Source: Nemertoderma westbladi (Eukaryota > Animalia > Xenacoelomorpha). Taken from it: a DNA stretch of 64,000 nucleotides. Shown here piece by piece: positions 62,061 through 64,000 of the stretch (position 1 is the stretch's first letter; each line of letters opens with the position of its first letter). A program made the translations under genes and the position numbers. The stretch is taken from contig JAUCBJ010003887.1 in NCBI GenBank assembly GCA_032718475.1, positions 3,839 through 67,838 on the forward strand. Direction: 5' to 3'. The notes under the pieces were generated by a model. It made no database searches. It worked only from the letters and a program-made list of their open reading frames with translations, and was not told where the DNA came from.

Positions 62061-62583
62061 TTATAAAAATAGGCACACAGTGAAACACAGTCAAACACAA
62101 GCGGGAGAAGGCACACAGGCCCACACTGTTAGCGGATCCAATTCGCTGCACCACCCAGCGGTAAATGGGGAAAGTGGCGATTTACCAATTATGTTCGGCT
62201 ATGTGATATTAGCAATATAATATCACATACCGACACACCCTGGCATTAAACATTGCCAGCCAGAGGGAGATTTTGATTGATTATTGTCAGCACAGTAATA
62301 CATTTATATACATTATTACTTACACCAATAAAAACATACAGTAATACAAGGTAAGATCAATGTAGTGCAGACCGTGGGTAAAATAAATAATTATACATTC
62401 GTATATATATAGGCCGTGTGAGACTGATAAGTACGCACATAGTAGATTATATTATCATTAAAATAGCACAATAAGTTAATAAATGAGGATATAGAATTAA
62501 ATAATTAATCCCCAAATAACTAGCGCCTCGTGAGTGTCCCTCAAAAATTACAATAGATCAATAAATTATCGAATGCGTAAAAT

Positions 62584-63837
62584 TCAATAATCATTCCCCA
62601 TTTGGTAAATCATTTTTGCTACATTTACTTGGTCGTCCATGTCAAATAGGCCGGTCAGATCGTTCCAGTTACCTTTAACCGATAATCTAGATTCCGCCGT
62701 TTTTGGGCACACGGTGATGATGTGTTCCTCCGTCTGAACTGCTCCACATCCACACATTCGATTATCCGGTTTTACTCTCGCCCATCTCATTTTTTCGACT
62801 GGAAAGTTATGGCTCCCCAGACGAAACCGGGACCACGCGATTCGGTGACGTTCTGGAACGTTACAGTTGTTGTAAAGAGGTGGCGGTGACAATGTCGGAT
62901 TCATCAACTTGTAGAGATGCCGTTTCGTGGTCTTAGATTTAGAGACACGGTCTTTAAGTAATTCGTTTTGTTTTCTAATGTAGTTCAATGGAATTGATTT
63001 AGAGCGTTCCATTTCAGAATACATCGGAGTGTTATTTTCTCTAGCGATTTCCAGAGCAGTTTGTAAGGGAGAATCATCGACTGGTTTAAATTTTATGAGA
63101 TACTTCCTCTGTTTATCGCGAATTAGGGACTCAAATTCTGGGAGGTCGAGTTCGATTAGGCATAATTCCCCGCATGTGGTTGGTCGTACACCTAATAATA
63201 AACGAACCAAGGACATATATATTTTAGATATAGGTGCTAGGGATCCGCCGAACCATGTTTCACAGCCATATGTGATTGAAGATAAAACAGCTGCTTCGAA
63301 TACTTTCCGTTTTATAACAAATGGGAGATCGGGGTTTTTACTGATAAAAGTAGAGAACTTGAGAAGATGGCACTGTTTCTCGGAGGCGTGTAGTGCGATC
63401 GCTGTTGAGATTGCACCATCAGCCGAAATTGGCGAGCCCAGGTAAGTGTAGGAATCCGTGTGTTCGATTTGTTTGTCTCCGATGGAAAATGCACGCTTGT
63501 CACAGTCATTTCCATTTATAACTATAAATTTAGTTTTTTTGATATTTATAATCATCCCAGACTGGGAGCAAAAGACTTTCAGAACGTTTAATTTCTCAAT
63601 TATTTTATCTCTGGTCGTACCGAGTATGGCTGTGTCATCCATCAGTAAAATGCTATGAAGCTTTTTCAACCAATCGTCCCATGGTAAATTTCGTAGTGCT
63701 CGTACAAAAAAATCTATTACAATTACAAATAGGAAACCGCTTCCTGGGGAACCCTGACGGACTCCTTTGTTACAAATTACACGAAGATTGTTAATTTGAT
63801 AATAATTAAAAGATTGCTTGGCTAGATATGTCGCCAT
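62584..63837 (-). mobile_element. 5'-truncated non-LTR retrotransposon (RT C-half + CCHC)
   Basis: GVRQGSPGSGFLF, LLMDDT, YTYLG, RFRLGSH, CGCGAVQTEEHIITVC. Confidence 0.85.
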
Positions 63838-64000
63838 TCCAGTTGATAGAGGACCACAGCCCTTTCGAATCGTTGTTTTCTATCAGTCTTTTCCATCTAT
63901 TGGTGCCCCAATTACTTGAGTCGGAATTACCAGCACAGCCAGGAGTATTGCAGGAATTAGTAATTATTGCCTGTGTATGTTTAGCCGCCGCGTCGCGAAT

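Overview
Metazoan (probably invertebrate) genomic DNA made up almost entirely of nested transposons, apparently within the intron after a cadherin-like first exon (minus strand, 59.5-60.2 kb). There are four LTR retrotransposons. A (17160-36485, minus) is a near-complete BEL/Pao element with 2.3-kb LTRs and a GTCTG TSD. B (plus, <1-43004) is the decayed BEL/Pao host into which A and C inserted. C (minus, ~5328-15205) is a BEL/Pao element with pol internally deleted. D (~53.7-56.9 kb) is a remnant with no gag-pol, assigned only by its accessory gene and PPT/LTR start. Also present: a pogo-like DNA transposon, three LINEs, a Helentron/HINE-like tandem array and several MITEs. The LTR family has three unusual linked features. 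(1) There is no tRNA primer-binding site; instead the 11 nt after the 5' LTR are exactly complementary to an 11-mer inside the LTR (seen independently in A and C), as in Tf1-type self-priming. (2) A ~1,250-codon accessory gene lies 3' of integrase and encodes an unknown N-domain, a WRN/Mut-7-like DEDDy 3'-5' exonuclease, CCHC zinc knuckles and an R/S/G tail; homologous pieces occur in B, C and D. (3) An element-specific 20-nt hairpin is dispersed 12 times through A in all three reading frames and the UTRs, while a different hairpin sits at equivalent positions in B. All calls are from reading the sequence by eye; no database searches were run, so novelty is unverified.
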